This document shows positions 25,601 to 38,027 of a stretch of DNA of 64,000 nt, in pieces (the stretch's first letter is position 1; the number at the start of each line of letters is the position of its first letter). The translations under genes and the position numbers were made by a program. Source of the stretch: Hormiphora californensis. Its lineage: Eukaryota > Animalia > Ctenophora. The stretch lies in assembly GCA_020137815.1 (NCBI GenBank), contig CM035352.1, forward strand, positions 744,001 to 808,000, read 5' to 3'. Under the pieces are notes generated by a model that was not told where the DNA came from, made no database searches, and saw only the letters and a program-made list of their open reading frames with translations.

Positions 25601-28600
25601 TCTAAGAAACTTTCTCACTTTGACCTCCTTATCTCTAAGAAACTTTCCCACTTTGACCTCCTTATCTCTAAGAAATTTTCCCACTTTGACCTCCTAATCT
25701 CTAAGAAACTTTCCCACTTTGACCTCCTTATCTCTAAGAAACTTTCCCACTTTGATATCCTGATCTCTAAGAAACTTTCCCATTTTAACCTTCTAATCTC
25801 TTTGAAACTTTCCCATTTTGACCTTATCTCTAAGAAACTTTCCCACTTTCACATCCTTATCTCTAAGAAACTTTCCCACTTTGACCTACTAATCTCTAAG
25901 AAACTTTCCCACTTTGACCTCATAATCTCTAAGAAACTTTCCCACTTTGACCTCCTTATCTCTAAGAAACTTTCCCACTTTGACCTCCTTATCTCTAAGA
26001 AACTTTCCCACTTTGACCTCCTTATCTCTAAGAAACTTTCCCACTTTGACCTCCTTATCTCTAAGAAACTTTCCCATTTTGACCTCCTTATCTCTAAGAA
26101 ACTTTCCCACTTTGACCTCCTTATCTCTAAGAAACTTTCCCATTTTGACCTACTTATTTCTAAGAAACTTTCCCACTTTGACCTCCTTATCTCTAAGAAA
26201 CTTTCCCATTTTGACCTCCTTATCTCTAAGAAACTTTCCCACTTTGACCTCCTTATCTCTAAGAAACTTTCCCACTTTGACCTCCTTATCTCTAAGAAAC
26301 TTTCCCACTTTGACCTCATTATCTCTAAGAAACTTTCCCACTTTGACCTCCTGATCTCTAATAAACTTTCCCATTTTAACCTCCTAATCTCTTAGAGACT
26401 TTCCCACTTTGACCTCCTTATCTCTAAGAAACTTTGCCACTTTGACCTCCTTATCTCTAAGAAACTGTCCCACTTTGACCTCATAATCTCTAAGAAACTT
26501 TCCCACTTTGACCTCCTTATCTCTAAGAAACTTTCTTACTTTGACCTCCTTATCTCTAAGAAACTTTCCCACTTTGACCTCCTTATCTCTAAGAAATTTT
26601 CCCGCTTTGACCTCCTAATCTCTAAGAAACTTTCCCACTTTGACCTCCTTATCTCTAAGAAACTTTCCCACTTTGATATCCTGATCTCTAAGAAACTTTC
26701 CCATTTTAACCTTCTAATCTCTTTGAAACTTTCCCATTTTGACCTTATCTCTAAGAAACTTTTAACTTTCCCACTTTCACATCCTTATCTCTAAGAAACT
26801 TTCCCACTTTGACCTACTAATCTCTAAGAAACTTTCCCACTTTGACCTCATAATCTCTAAGAAACTTTCCCACTTTGACCTCCTTATCTCTAAGAAACTT
26901 TTCCATATTAACCTCCTAATCTCTTAGAGACTTTCCCACTTTGACCTCCTTATCTCTAAGATACTTTCCCACTTTGACCTCCTTATCTCTAAGAAACTTT
27001 CCCATTTTGACCTCCTTATCTCTAAGAAACTTTCCCACTTTGACCTCCTTATCTCTAAGAAACTTTCCCATTTTGACCTCCTTATCTCTAAGAAACTTTC
27101 CCATTTTGACCTCCTTATCTCTAAGAAACTTTCCCACTTTGACCTCCTTATCTCTAAGAAACTTTCCCATTTTGACCTCCTTATCTCTAAGAAACTTTCC
27201 CACTTTGACCTCCTTATCTCTAAGAAACTTTCCCACTTTGACCTCCTTATCTCTAAGAAACTTTCCCACTTTGACCTCATTATCTCTAAGAAACTTTCCC
27301 ACTTTGACCTCCTGATCTCTAATAAACTTTCCCATTTTAACCTCCTAATCTCTTAGAGACTTTCCCACTTTGACCTCCTTATCTCTAAGAAACTTTCCCA
27401 CTTTGACCTCCTTATCTCTAAGAAACTTTCCCACTTTGACCTCATTATCTCTAAGAAACTTTCCCACTTTGACCTCCTGATCTCTAATAAACTTTCCCAT
27501 TTTAACCTCCTAATCTCTTAGAGACTTTCCCACTTTGACCTCCTTATCTCTAAGAAACTTTGCCACTTTGACCTCCTTATCTCTAAGAAACTGTCCCACT
27601 TTGACCTCATAATCTCTAAGAAACTTTCCCACTTTGACCTCCTTATCTCTAAGAAACTTTCTTACTTTGACCTCCTTATCTCTAAGAAACTTTCCCACTT
27701 TGACCTCCTTATCTCTAAGAAATTTTCCCACTTTGACCTCCTAATCTCTAAGAAACTTTCCCACTTTGACCTCCTTATCTCTAAGAAACTTTCCCACTTT
27801 GATATCCTGATCTCTAAGAAACTTTCCCATTTTAACCTTCTAATCTCTTTGAAACTTTCCCATTTTGACCTTATCTCTAAGAAACTTTCCCACTTTCACA
27901 TCCTTATCTCTAAGAAACTTTCCCACTTTGACCTACTAATCTCTAAGAAACTTTCCCACTTTGACCTCATAATCTCTAAGAAACTTTCCCACTTTGACCT
28001 CCTTATCTCTAAGAAACTTTCCCATATTGACCTCCTTATCTCTAAGAAACTTTCCCACTTTGACCTCCTTATCTCTAAGAAACTTTCCCACTTTGACCTC
28101 CTTATCTCTAAGAAACTTTCCCATTTTGACCTCCTTATCTCTAAGAAACTTTCCCACTTTGACCTCCTTATCTCTAAGAAACTTTCCCATTTTGACCTCC
28201 TTATCTCTAAGAAACTTTCCCATTTTGACCTCCTTATCTCTAAGAAACTGTCCCACTTTGACCTCCTTATCTCTAAGAAACTTTCCCATTTTGACCTCCT
28301 TATCTCTAAGAAACTTTCCCACTTTGACCTCCTTATCTCTAAGAAACTTTCCCACTTTGACCTCCTTATCTCTAAGAAACTTTCCCACTTTGACCTCATT
28401 ATCTCTAAGAAACTTTCCCACTTTGACCTCCTGATCTCTAATAAACTTTCCCATTTTAACCTCCTAATCTCTTAGAGACTTTCCCACTTTGACCTCCTTA
28501 TCTCTAAGAAACTTTGCCACTTTGACCTCCTTATCTCTAAGAAATTTTCCCACTTTGACCTCCTAATCTCTAAGAAACTTTCCCACTTTGACCTCCTTAT

Positions 28601-31184
28601 CTCTAAGAAACTTTCCCACTTTGATATCCTGATCTCTAAGAAACTTTCCCATTTTAACCTTCTAATATCTTTGAAACTTTCCCATTTTGACCTTATCTCT
28701 AAGAAACTTTCCCACTTTCACATCCTTATCTCTAAGAAACTTTCCCACTTTGACCTACTAATCTCTAAGAAACTTTCCCACTTTGACCTCATAATCTCTA
28801 AGAAACTTTCCCACTTTGACCTCCTTATCTCTTAGAAACTTTCCCATATTGACCTCCTTATCTCTAAGAAACTTTCCCACTTTGACCTCCTTATCTCTAA
28901 GAAACTTTCCCACTTTGACCTCCTTATCTCTAAGAAACTTTCCCATTTTGACCTCCTTATCTCTAAGAAACTTTCCCACTTTGACCTCCTTATCTCTAAG
29001 AAACTTTCCCATTTTGACCTACTTATTTCTAAGAAACTTTCCCACTTTGACCTCCTTATCTCTAAGAAACTTTCCCATTTTGACCTCCTTATCTCTAAGA
29101 AACTTTCCCACTTTGACCTCCTTATCTCTAAGAAACTTTCCCACTTTGACCTCCTTATCTCTAAGAAACTTTCCCACTTTGACCTCATTATCTCTAAGAA
29201 ACTTTCCCACTTTGACCTCCTGATCTCTAAAAAAACTTTCCCATTTTAACCTCCTAATCTCTTAGAGACTTTCCCACTTTGACCTCCTTATCTTTAAGAA
29301 ACTTTGCCACTTTGACCTCCTTATCTCTAAGAAACTGTCCCACTTTGACCTCATAGTCTCTAAGAAACTTTCCCACTTTGACCTCCTTATCTCTAAGAAA
29401 CTTTCCCACTTTGACCTCCTTATCTCTAAGAAGCTTTCCCACGTTGACCTCCTAATCTCTTAGAAACTTTCCCACTTTGACGTCCTTATCTGTAAGAAAC
29501 TTTCCTACTTTGACCTCCTAATCTCTAAGAAACTTTCCCATTTTAACCTCCTAATCTCTTAGAGACTTTCCCACTTTGACCTCCTTATCTCTAAGAAACT
29601 TTCCCACTTTGACCTCCTTATCTCTAAGAAACTTTCCCACTTTGACCTCCTTATCTCTAAGAAACTTTCCCACTTTGACCTCCTAATCTCTAAGAAACTT
29701 TCCCACTTTGACCTCCTAATCTCTAAGAAACTTTCCCACTTTGACCTCCTTATCTCTGAGAAACTTTCCAGGTGAACGGGAAGTGTGTGAGGGACTGGAC
29801 AAGTGATGATCTGTTAGCAGAACTAACTGAGTGTACTAGTGTAGTGATAGTCATCATAACTGTTGAAGATAGGGCAGTGACAGATCTCTTTCTAATGGCC
29901 AGCAGAGAACACGATCTGAGCTATCTTTGGGCCCTCAGAAAACTGGTAAAACTAAGGTAAGAAGCTAGTGGGCCCTTAGAAATGATGATTGATGGGACCT
30001 TTGAAAAGATGGGAAATTGAAGAACGATACCTGAAACAAACTTTATTTCCCTGCAGTATTTGTAACATTGATTTCTCTGGGGAAGGACTTGATATTAGTA
30101 CCATAACAACTCTGCTGCAAGAGCTTATTGTTACCAACTGCTCCCTAAAGTGCATCACCCAGATAAAAGGACTTAGTAAGTAATACACTGTGTTATCAGT
30201 TTAATAGTTTAATACAGTGCACCACTAATTGATAATTACTAATTACTTATTGGGGCGAGTCTGTGATATAAATCTCTCCGTGCAGGTCGGTTAAAATCCT
30301 TGAAACGGTTGATTCTAACCCACAATTCCTTAACCGATCTTCATGATAAAACTATGCTGAAACTCAAGGAGCTAACAGACTTGCAGGTGAATTGGGATAG
30401 AAGGGGACATCATTAGCCCGATATCGGGTTTATCTAGGTCGCCTCGTTTTCTTGCTTGATTGTCTAACTCTATTCGTACCACAGCTAATTTAGGTTGTAA
30501 CTCTAACTCTATCTCGTTACAGCTAGGGTACAATCTAATCAGAAGTTTCCCAAATGTTGTAACAAGGATGGAGAAGCTTGAGGAGCTGTCTTTGATTCAC
30601 AATCAGATCAGCCTTCTACCTGATGAGGTAGGATACTTCATGATGTTACCTCATACTGTCATTCATACGTCATACACGTGTCAGTCATACGACTCAACAC
30701 CCCTATAATTCCCCCCTGTAACACCCCTCTCACCCCTGTAACACCCCTCTCTCTCTTGTGTAGGTGGTCCAGATGCGATCTCTTGAGAAACTACATCTTG
30801 ACAACAACGTACTAACAGAACTTCCTGAATATGTAACCTTACAATTACCCCAACTCAGAGCCTTAACACTTGAAAACAATAAGGTAAATACCCACACCTG
30901 CCCTTTTTGGGTGTTTCGCTGTCATGTTCATGGTATTTTGTTGGTTGACTGTTATATCACCAGTCTACAAGAATTAGTAGATATACCTAGTAGAGAATAC
31001 CGGCGGCCTCTAGAGTTGAACAACATGTAAACACGGTGGTTTGTTAACTGTTTCGGCGTCAACGCCTTCGTCAGAGTACAACACAGTTCTGTAACAATCC
31101 CCCTTGTTTCAGTTAAAACCCAACACCAGAAGTACGCAACAGACAAGGAGCAAGTTTTATTATAAAATTGGACTAGATAAGTGA
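19604..31184 (+). CDS. ~311-aa protein with N-terminal PDZ and C-terminal leucine-rich repeats
   Basis: Exons 19604-19735, 19869-19970, 29772-29956, 30057-30175, 30286-30386, 30523-30627, 30764-30883, 31113-31184. PDZ signature GLKEHDQILE|VNG spans the 9.8-kb intron; LRRs LKRLILTHNSL, LEELSLIHNQI, LEKLHLDNNVL, LRALTLENNKL. Confidence 0.85.
20907..29771. repeat. 8.9-kb intronic 33-bp satellite (~270 copies) with higher-order structure
   Basis: Unit TCTCTAAGAAACTTTCCCACTTTGACCTCCTTA; the last unit ends AAACTTTCCAG, the exon acceptor. Confidence 0.97.
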
Positions 31185-32029
31185 TGTTTCAGATATATTG
31201 ATGATTTTTGGAGGACCTTGTTAATTTCTTTGTGAATGTGTAAATGTATAATGCGGATCTTAATTAATTTGCTAAATCAGCTCTTTGTTATTTTCCTCTT
31301 CATGAAATGTTGAGCAGATGATGGCACAGTATTTTGGCACATTCTGACAAGTGGATAATTGGTCAAAACACTGACCTGCTGGAACGCGCGTTACTAATTC
31401 TGAAGATGAACCCGCGCGGATAAGGGCGCCATCTGGGATATAAAATTGATAACCACACCCCGTGACACCCGTCACCTTCTGGAACATCTTAAATCGCCCA
31501 GTTGGACTTGGTTTTATCCTTAACAATTATTGTCCTGAAAAACAGTGAACAAGGAATGTGATGTGATCCTAGGACATCCCATCCCTAGGATACTGGATTT
31601 AGACGTTCGTAAGCTGGAATACCATTCACGGAACGGTAACTACACAACACAGACTTCTTAAGACAACAGTTAACCAACCTTGCATTGTTAACATACCCAC
31701 CATGTCAGCTGTCTTTTTTAAAACTTCACAGTCAGCTACCAGCCTGATCAAATCTAGCTTCGCGCGAAAACGGGTGTGCTTTTTACACAAGAGACTCATT
31801 GCGCGCACCATTAAATTATTGGTGGTCGGCTGACACCTGACTGTGTGGAATTAGAAAACTCGAATTCAGAGGTTTGTAAATAAATAAACAGAATAAAAAG
31901 TGCATAATCAAACTAAAAACACCGGTAAAACCCGAATAAAACTATTTTTAACTCTAAGAATTTACTTTCTTGAAAAAATACGAAAAAAATATAAGTCATT
32001 TACAGTCCAGTTCTTGCACATTTGGAGCT

Positions 32030-33235
32030 CTAAAACTGCACTAACTTTTCTGATTTGAACACAATATCTCCCCCGATATAGGTCGCTAGCACGTTAACAT
32101 CCGAATCAATAATAAGAAAGTCAGCAACACTTCCGAAATCTAAAGTTCCATACAGTTTAGTACATTTCAGAAGCTGGGCTGGGTGCTTGGTAGCACAGTT
32201 AACTGCTTCGACCAAAGTACAGCGACTATACTTCTTAAAGTTAGCTACACAGGCAGGCATGGTAACAGCACTGCCTGCTAGGGTGTTAGTACCAGTTAAC
32301 ACTGCCAACTTCCCCTTGACTGACACGTCCTGGGCCCCTATCTTGTGTTGTCCATCTCCCAGCCCCATGGCTGCCATAGCATCTGTAACAAGAATAGCAT
32401 TCCCAGGGCTGGTTCTATGTGCTATCCTGAGAGCAGCGGCGTGGGTATGAATACCATCCGCTATAACCCCATAGTAACAGGGGTGTTGTATTTTCTCGCT
32501 CGCTAGGATCCCTACAATTCCTGGGTCCCTGTGGTGGAAAGACTGCATTGCATTAAACAGGTGAGTTATAAAGGTAGCCCCAGCGTTAACTCCTCTCTCT
32601 GCTTGTTCAATGTTGGCCGTTGAATGCCCAATAGAACACACAACTCCCTCCCCTGCTAGACGATGTATCATCTCTGGAGCACCAGGCAACTCAGGAGCTA
32701 TTGTTATAATTGTAATGTTATCAGTGCTCCCAAAGAAATCCATCAATTCGTCCTTGGTAACTAGACACTGATCCTTGATAAACTGGGGAGGGTGGGCACC
32801 TAGTTTCTCTCGACTTATAAAGGGACCCTCCACATGCGCGCCCAGTACATTAGCCCCTTTGCTAGGGTTCCCCCTGTCCTTGTGAAACAATGGTAGGACC
32901 CTTTTGTAAGTGTCGGAGGGAGAGGTGATGACTGTAGGACAGAATCCTGTGACCCCATACTGAACTATCTCCCTTCGGAACATTGCTAAACCCTCCTCCA
33001 TCCTGTCCAAATCAGATGAGAAATCCAAACCAAACCCTCCATTAATCTGTGTCTCGATAAATCCTGGAACAATGATTTGACCCTGGCAGTCCACCGTTTT
33101 ATCAGGTGCCCGTCTGCAACTCCAAAAGTACTCCTTTGGGTCGATAATGATTCCATCTGCAACCCAAAAATCCTCAGAAATCAGGGTGTCATTTCGGAGA
33201 ACTTGGCAGTTGGTGTAACGGGTTATCATCGCCAT
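32030..33235 (-). CDS. AMDHD2: N-acetylglucosamine-6-phosphate deacetylase, single coding exon
   Basis: PGFIETQINGGFG, HVEGPF, LGAH, IAPELPG, GHS, THLFNAM, IADGIH, VTDAM, TLAGS; first ATG at 33235. Confidence 0.95.
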   Translation of the reverse strand: MAMITRYTNCQVLRNDTLISEDFWVADGIIIDPKEYFWSCRRAPDKTVDCQGQIIVPGFIETQINGGFGLDFSSDLDRMEEGLAMFRREIVQYGVTGFCPTVITSPSDTYKRVLPLFHKDRGNPSKGANVLGAHVEGPFISREKLGAHPPQFIKDQCLVTKDELMDFFGSTDNITIITIAPELPGAPEMIHRLAGEGVVCSIGHSTANIEQAERGVNAGATFITHLFNAMQSFHHRDPGIVGILASEKIQHPCYYGVIADGIHTHAAALRIAHRTSPGNAILVTDAMAAMGLGDGQHKIGAQDVSVKGKLAVLTGTNTLAGSAVTMPACVANFKKYSRCTLVEAVNCATKHPAQLLKCTKLYGTLDFGSVADFLIIDSDVNVLATYIGGDIVFKSEKLVQF

Positions 33236-33249
33236 AACCGCCACGGCTA

Positions 33250-33432
33250 CAGAGGGGTAGTGGTTAGTGGTATTTAGAGAGAGAAGAGGGGTAGTGGTTA
33301 GTAGTTCATATGGTATTTGGAGAGAGAAGAGGGGTTGTGGTTAGCAGTTCATAGTATTTGGAGAGAGATGAGGGGTTGTGGTTAGCAGTTCATGGTATTT
33401 GGAGAGAGAGAGAGAAGAGGGGTAGTGGTTAA
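33250..33432 (-). repeat. ~40-45-bp tandem repeat of the pyrimidine tract upstream of the AMDHD2 acceptor
   Basis: Repeated GAGAGAAGAGGGG(T/A)GTGGTTAG(T/C)AGTTCAT..GTATTTG ending (minus strand) CTACCCCTCTGTAG|CCGTGG. Confidence 0.75.
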
Positions 33433-33868
33433 TGGCAAGGGCTGATTGATGATGGTATTGGCATTCAGGAGTTAAATTCAGGGTATTGTAATTTAGAGAT
33501 GGGCCTGGGAGGGGTAGTTTTATGAAAGGACAATTCACAAATGAAGAAGGGAGAACAGCAGAAGGATGTAGCGGAATGTGATGATATGGGTGGGAATGGG
33601 GTACTAAATATTACAGTGATTAATCTTCAAACTATTCATTCATTGTTACAGATCACTTCCGCTTGTGAGATATTAAGACGAATAACTAAGATAATATATT
33701 ATCATCACGCATCGATCATCCGGCAAAAGGCGGGTCCCGCCGCAAACAATGATCTCTCTTTCTCTCTTTCTTTCTCTCTTTCTTTCTCTCACTTATTCTC
33801 GTGTGTTCTAATATCCCTTACCCACACACACATACCCAGATAACCTTATTATGCGTGAGTTGTTCACA

Positions 33869-34718
33869 ATGAATTTGTTGCTTGTTTTCCCTCTGATAGC
33901 GACCCTCTTACTATCCCCAACACTCTCCTCTCCTCCCGCACACTTCTCCTGTTTACTACATCTCAATGGAGAGGAAACTGTGTTAGGTACAACAGCTTCA
34001 TTTGATTTGCTGTGTGTGTGTGTCACAATATACTTTCCTGCAGGGTTTGCACAACTGTGGGTTAAACCTGACGGAGAGTCACGTGTGGTACTAGATGTAG
34101 AGCCTAATGAATGGGCGTCTAGTGGACTACATGGGTTCCACATTCATACTAACAGGGTACAAGGTAAATACTCTGTAACATAGTGTTACGAAGACGTATT
34201 AGATAAACTTCACATGATGGGTTGTTACCAATTGCCACTTCTTCTACCAACTTTTATAAATCATGTATTTTCTCGCCCCTTCTAAATATCTCCCTATATC
34301 GTGTCAGGATTGGATTGTTTAACAGCTGGTGGTCACTACAACCCACTAGCAGTGACCCACGGGGACCCAGCTAACTGGAGGAAGCCAAGACACAAAGGAG
34401 ACATGGGGAATGTGTTCGTAAACAGTGATGGTGAGTCCCTTCCAGTCCCCTGACACTGTGTTCACGGAACATGAACAATTCAAGGGTCCCTCTTACATGG
34501 CACTATTTGCCTATTATATCTTGACCCCATTACATTTCCTAGGTTCCATTAGTTCTACACGCGTGTTTCATGACGTGTTGAATGCAGCTGACCTGGAGGG
34601 AAGGAGCCTGGTATTTCATGCAGGTGAGGATGACCTGGGGTATGGAGGAGATGAGGGGAGTGCAGCTACCGGTAATGCAGGTGGAAGACTGGCCTGCTGC
34701 AATTTAATAAGAGTATAG
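33869..34718 (+). CDS. Secreted Cu/Zn superoxide dismutase
   Basis: Exons 33869-33986, 34044-34163, 34308-34430, 34543-34718; hydrophobic signal peptide; [47 protein letters not shown]. Confidence 0.93.
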
Positions 34719-34786
34719 AGATTCGGTGTACAAAAACTTTGTAAACAATAAAACAACAAAAAGACGATATATTCCTGTGACCCAAT

Positions 34787-35611
34787 TCATCTGGCAGATT
34801 TTACAGAATCATAGTGTTCCCCTAACCCAAACTTGTGTTTATAATATAACAGCGTTATAACATCACCCCCATGTCCCTCTCCCATAGTCACTGGTTTTGC
34901 GTCAGCCTGCAATATCCTAACTGGAACTTTAAGAGCTGAGCTGATAGCATGTGCCTCATGTAGTCCACCCCACACCCCATTATCCATCATGTCACTACAA
35001 TAAATATCAAACTGTTCACTTGTCAACATATCCCCTGTATCAGGGTGGATCAGAAAGGAGATGAAGTCAGCCTCATGTTCCCTCATATACTGGGCAGCAA
35101 TGGCACGCAGCTCAGGGACGGTGTGCGTAATATTCCGGGATTTTAGTTGGTGTTGTAGGGCGTAAAACATACAATTCCCGTCTGCTGGAATCTCGTAAAC
35201 TGATAGACCCAGTTCGTTGATCACTTCTACCATCTTAGCGCTCTCTGTGGATCTGGCAGTCGGCTCTGTAGATACCATATCTAGTTCCTTCAGCTTTTTA
35301 TCGTTAGCTGCTGCCTTAGCCTCCCTCCGCTTATCGGCCCTAGTCTGCTTTTTAACTGGTTCTTCAGACAGAACAAGAGAGTCCGTTAGTTGTGTCTCTA
35401 TCGTGTTTTCAGCGGGAGTGTTAACTAGTTTTAGCTCCTGTTCATGTCTAGTTTCAATTTCATTTTGGAGCTTCGCTATCTCTTCAACTGATCTCTTTTT
35501 AGCTTTCTTGTCTCCCTTAGGAACACCTTTCTTGATTGCCTGGATCTGTCCCTGCAACTCCTTTAGCTCTCGTTTGTGCCTTTCTCGTGTATCTGATTCA
35601 GTCTCACTCAT
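34787..35611 (-). CDS. OTUD6B: OTU-domain deubiquitinase 6B-like, single coding exon
   Basis: N-terminal RHKRELKELQ coil, IPADGNCMF catalytic Cys loop, WGG, GLGEHYDSV. Confidence 0.92.
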   Translation of the reverse strand: MSETESDTRERHKRELKELQGQIQAIKKGVPKGDKKAKKRSVEEIAKLQNEIETRHEQELKLVNTPAENTIETQLTDSLVLSEEPVKKQTRADKRREAKAAANDKKLKELDMVSTEPTARSTESAKMVEVINELGLSVYEIPADGNCMFYALQHQLKSRNITHTVPELRAIAAQYMREHEADFISFLIHPDTGDMLTSEQFDIYCSDMMDNGVWGGLHEAHAISSALKVPVRILQADAKPVTMGEGHGGDVITLLYYKHKFGLGEHYDSVKSAR

Positions 35612-35865
35612 CTAAATACAGGGGTAATGACTCATTACTAATGAGGGAATGGGGTGGTAGAGAAACACACACAGTGATAATAGTCGCCAGAATTAAATAA
35701 CTGAGAGGGTATATAATGTGGTAAGAAATTATACACAGTCGATTTGATATTGTCTATTTTGTCATCAGCAGTTGTCTAATTGATCACACACATTCAGTTT
35801 AGACACGGTCAGATTGCCTTGGTCGACCCTGTCTCTCAACAAAACAACAGTCAGACTACAACGAG

Positions 35866-36606
35866 TTATTTCCTGAAGTTTTTCAGAATAGGATAAATTG
35901 AACAAAAAGCCTCCTGGATATCTTTCCGGTCCTTGGCACCTGTCAGCACAACTTTTCCAGAAACGAAAATCAGGAGGACAACTTTCGGTTTTACCATCCG
36001 GTAAATTAGTCCAGGGAACAGCTCGGGCTCGTAATTTGAAAACTGCCCGTGTTGGGCAAAGAGTCCCTCCAGTCTGATAGGGAACTTTACATCACAGCTG
36101 CCCACCATATTCTGTATTTTAAACTCAACAAACTTGGCAGGAAAACCAAGTTTCTGGATAATCCTAGCATATTTCCTGGATGCAAGCCTGGACTCCTCCT
36201 CACTCTTGGCCCCTGTACACACCATTTTACCACTGTTAAACAGTAGAGCTGTTGTCCTGGGCTCTCTTATCCTCATGATGACAGCAGCAAAACGCTTGGG
36301 ATTATATTCAGCATTTCTAGCATGAAGGGCTATCTGTTTGAGTTCCAGTCTGCAGGCGAGGTTGACAGTAGATACAATGTTCTGAATGGTGGGCTCAATA
36401 CCGTGATCCATGGGAGTGGAGGGGGTGAAAGCAGCTGCTGGAGAGTTCATGTTGTAGTATGATGGTCCTGGGGTGGGGACTGACATGTCTGATATCGAGG
36501 AAGGCATGGGAACACTGGGAGGGGGTCCTGGTGTCGGCACTGACTGAAGATCTGAGAGGGAGGGTGTACTGAGCGGGACACTCGGTGGTCCACCATAGTC
36601 GCTCAT
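35866..36606 (-). CDS. TBP: TATA-box binding protein, single coding exon
   Basis: Complete core QNIVSTVNL...[19 protein letters not shown]...[13 protein letters not shown]...[10 protein letters not shown]; Pro/Ser/Thr-rich N-terminus without polyQ. Confidence 0.97.
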   Translation of the reverse strand: MSDYGGPPSVPLSTPSLSDLQSVPTPGPPPSVPMPSSISDMSVPTPGPSYYNMNSPAAAFTPSTPMDHGIEPTIQNIVSTVNLACRLELKQIALHARNAEYNPKRFAAVIMRIREPRTTALLFNSGKMVCTGAKSEEESRLASRKYARIIQKLGFPAKFVEFKIQNMVGSCDVKFPIRLEGLFAQHGQFSNYEPELFPGLIYRMVKPKVVLLIFVSGKVVLTGAKDRKDIQEAFCSIYPILKNFRK

Positions 36607-36713
36607 CCTAGAGAGTTCGGGTTAGTTTCAGAAAATAATTAACTACCTACCTAGTTCATGTAAATCACTGATCCCCCTCTCGCCTGATCGATACATGGCT
36701 TCCAATTATATAA

Positions 36714-37159
36714 GGGGGGAGACACACTGAAGTTGGGCGCGCTCGTTCAAATCTCAACCTCGCGAGACACACTGAAGTTCGAAGTTCGAAGTTTCGCGAA
36801 ACCCCATTTTCAGCTGAGAAATCATTTGAAAGAGGCTAAATTATTTACTGGTACATCTCTCGAGGTGTCCTTTATCCATACTGAGTCAATTTCACCGTTT
36901 TTGAAATTTTTGGCTTATCCGGTCACAGTTGTCCCAATTCACCAAAAATTTTAAAAACGGTGAAATTGACCCGGTATTGATAAAGGACACCTCGAGATTC
37001 GAGATGTACCAGTAAATAAACTAGCATCTTACAAATGATTTCTCAGCCGAAAATGGGTTTTCGCGATACTTTGAACTTTTCCGCGAAACTTCGAACTTCA
37101 GTGTGTGTCGCGAGGTTGAGAGTTGAACGCGTGCGACCAACCTCAGTGTGTCTCCCCCC
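36714..37159. mobile_element. Palindromic MITE directly upstream of TBP
   Basis: GGGGGGAGACACACTGA / TCAGTGTGTCTCCCCCC, ~200-bp inverted arms, flanks TAA/TGA. Confidence 0.8.
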
Positions 37160-37254
37160 TGACAGTTGTAACTACTAGGTACTATCAAAGACAGAAATTC
37201 ATATCAACGTGATCCAACATTGCTGTTATCCCTGTTATGTGGGCTGTGGCCGTA

Positions 37255-37700
37255 TAAGGATCCCTAAAAAAGTTCAGTATTTACACAGCGTTTACACCAG
37301 TTAAGCCATTGCGGTTTTTTCCCACGGTAGCGTGGGAACAAAAATTTCGAAATCTGCGCTGTGATTGGCTTAAATTTTCCATCATCAGAAATTTCAGCCA
37401 ATCACAGCGCTCTGGTGTTTTTATTATTATTATTAAAAACGCTGTGTAAATACTGAACTTTTTTAGTAGTGGAAGCTCTTACGGTATTTCCCACGCCCCG
37501 TGGGAAAGTTTTTCACCGTGGGAAAGTTTTCAAACCGTGGGAAAAGAGAGATACATACAATAACATACAAAAAATAATTATTTTTTTAAAGTTATTGTAT
37601 GTATCTCTCTTTTCCCACGGTTTGAAAACTTTCCCACGGTGAAAAACTTTCCCACGGGGCGTGGGAAATACCGTAAGAGCTTCCACTATAGGGATCCCAT
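37255..37700. mobile_element. MITE with GGATCCCTAAAAAAGTTCAG termini, interrupted by a second MITE
   Basis: CTAAAAAAGTTCAGTATTTACACAGC / GCTGTGTAAATACTGAACTTTTTTAG; related copy at 38874-39201. Confidence 0.65.
37467..37688. mobile_element. 222-bp palindromic MITE (TAGTG...CACTA)
   Basis: ~95-bp inverted arms; 3-bp duplication TAG; second copy at 39230-39452. Confidence 0.85.
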
Positions 37701-38027
37701 AACTTGTGGGAAATCACGAACATGCGGAAGACCGAACACGTGTTCGGACACGCATGGGGTTGTATCGCCCAAATACGCTGTAGGCATGAGGGGCTGCAGC
37801 GCATTCCAACATAAGTAAACTACACAACCCACTAGGGACCTCAGGGGTGAAACGGTGCAGAGCAGCCACTAGACACGGTGAGGTGTGACTCAAGCGCATT
37901 CCAACTCTTTTGTTGTGGGAACTGGGAAGGGAACTTTTTACGAAATCTGGCTTTTAAAACCCGACGCGGACGGGAAGGTTTTGATTCACTTTGCGCTGCC
38001 GAAACGTAAAAGTCATGGAGTGAGCAT

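Noticed and set aside
20907-29771. CRISPR-like array or repeat-protein ORFs
   Set aside because: Units are contiguous with no unique spacers, there are no cas genes, and the array lies in a eukaryotic intron.
36706-36713. TATATAA as the TBP promoter TATA box
   Set aside because: Lies at a MITE junction in AT-rich sequence; no TSS evidence.
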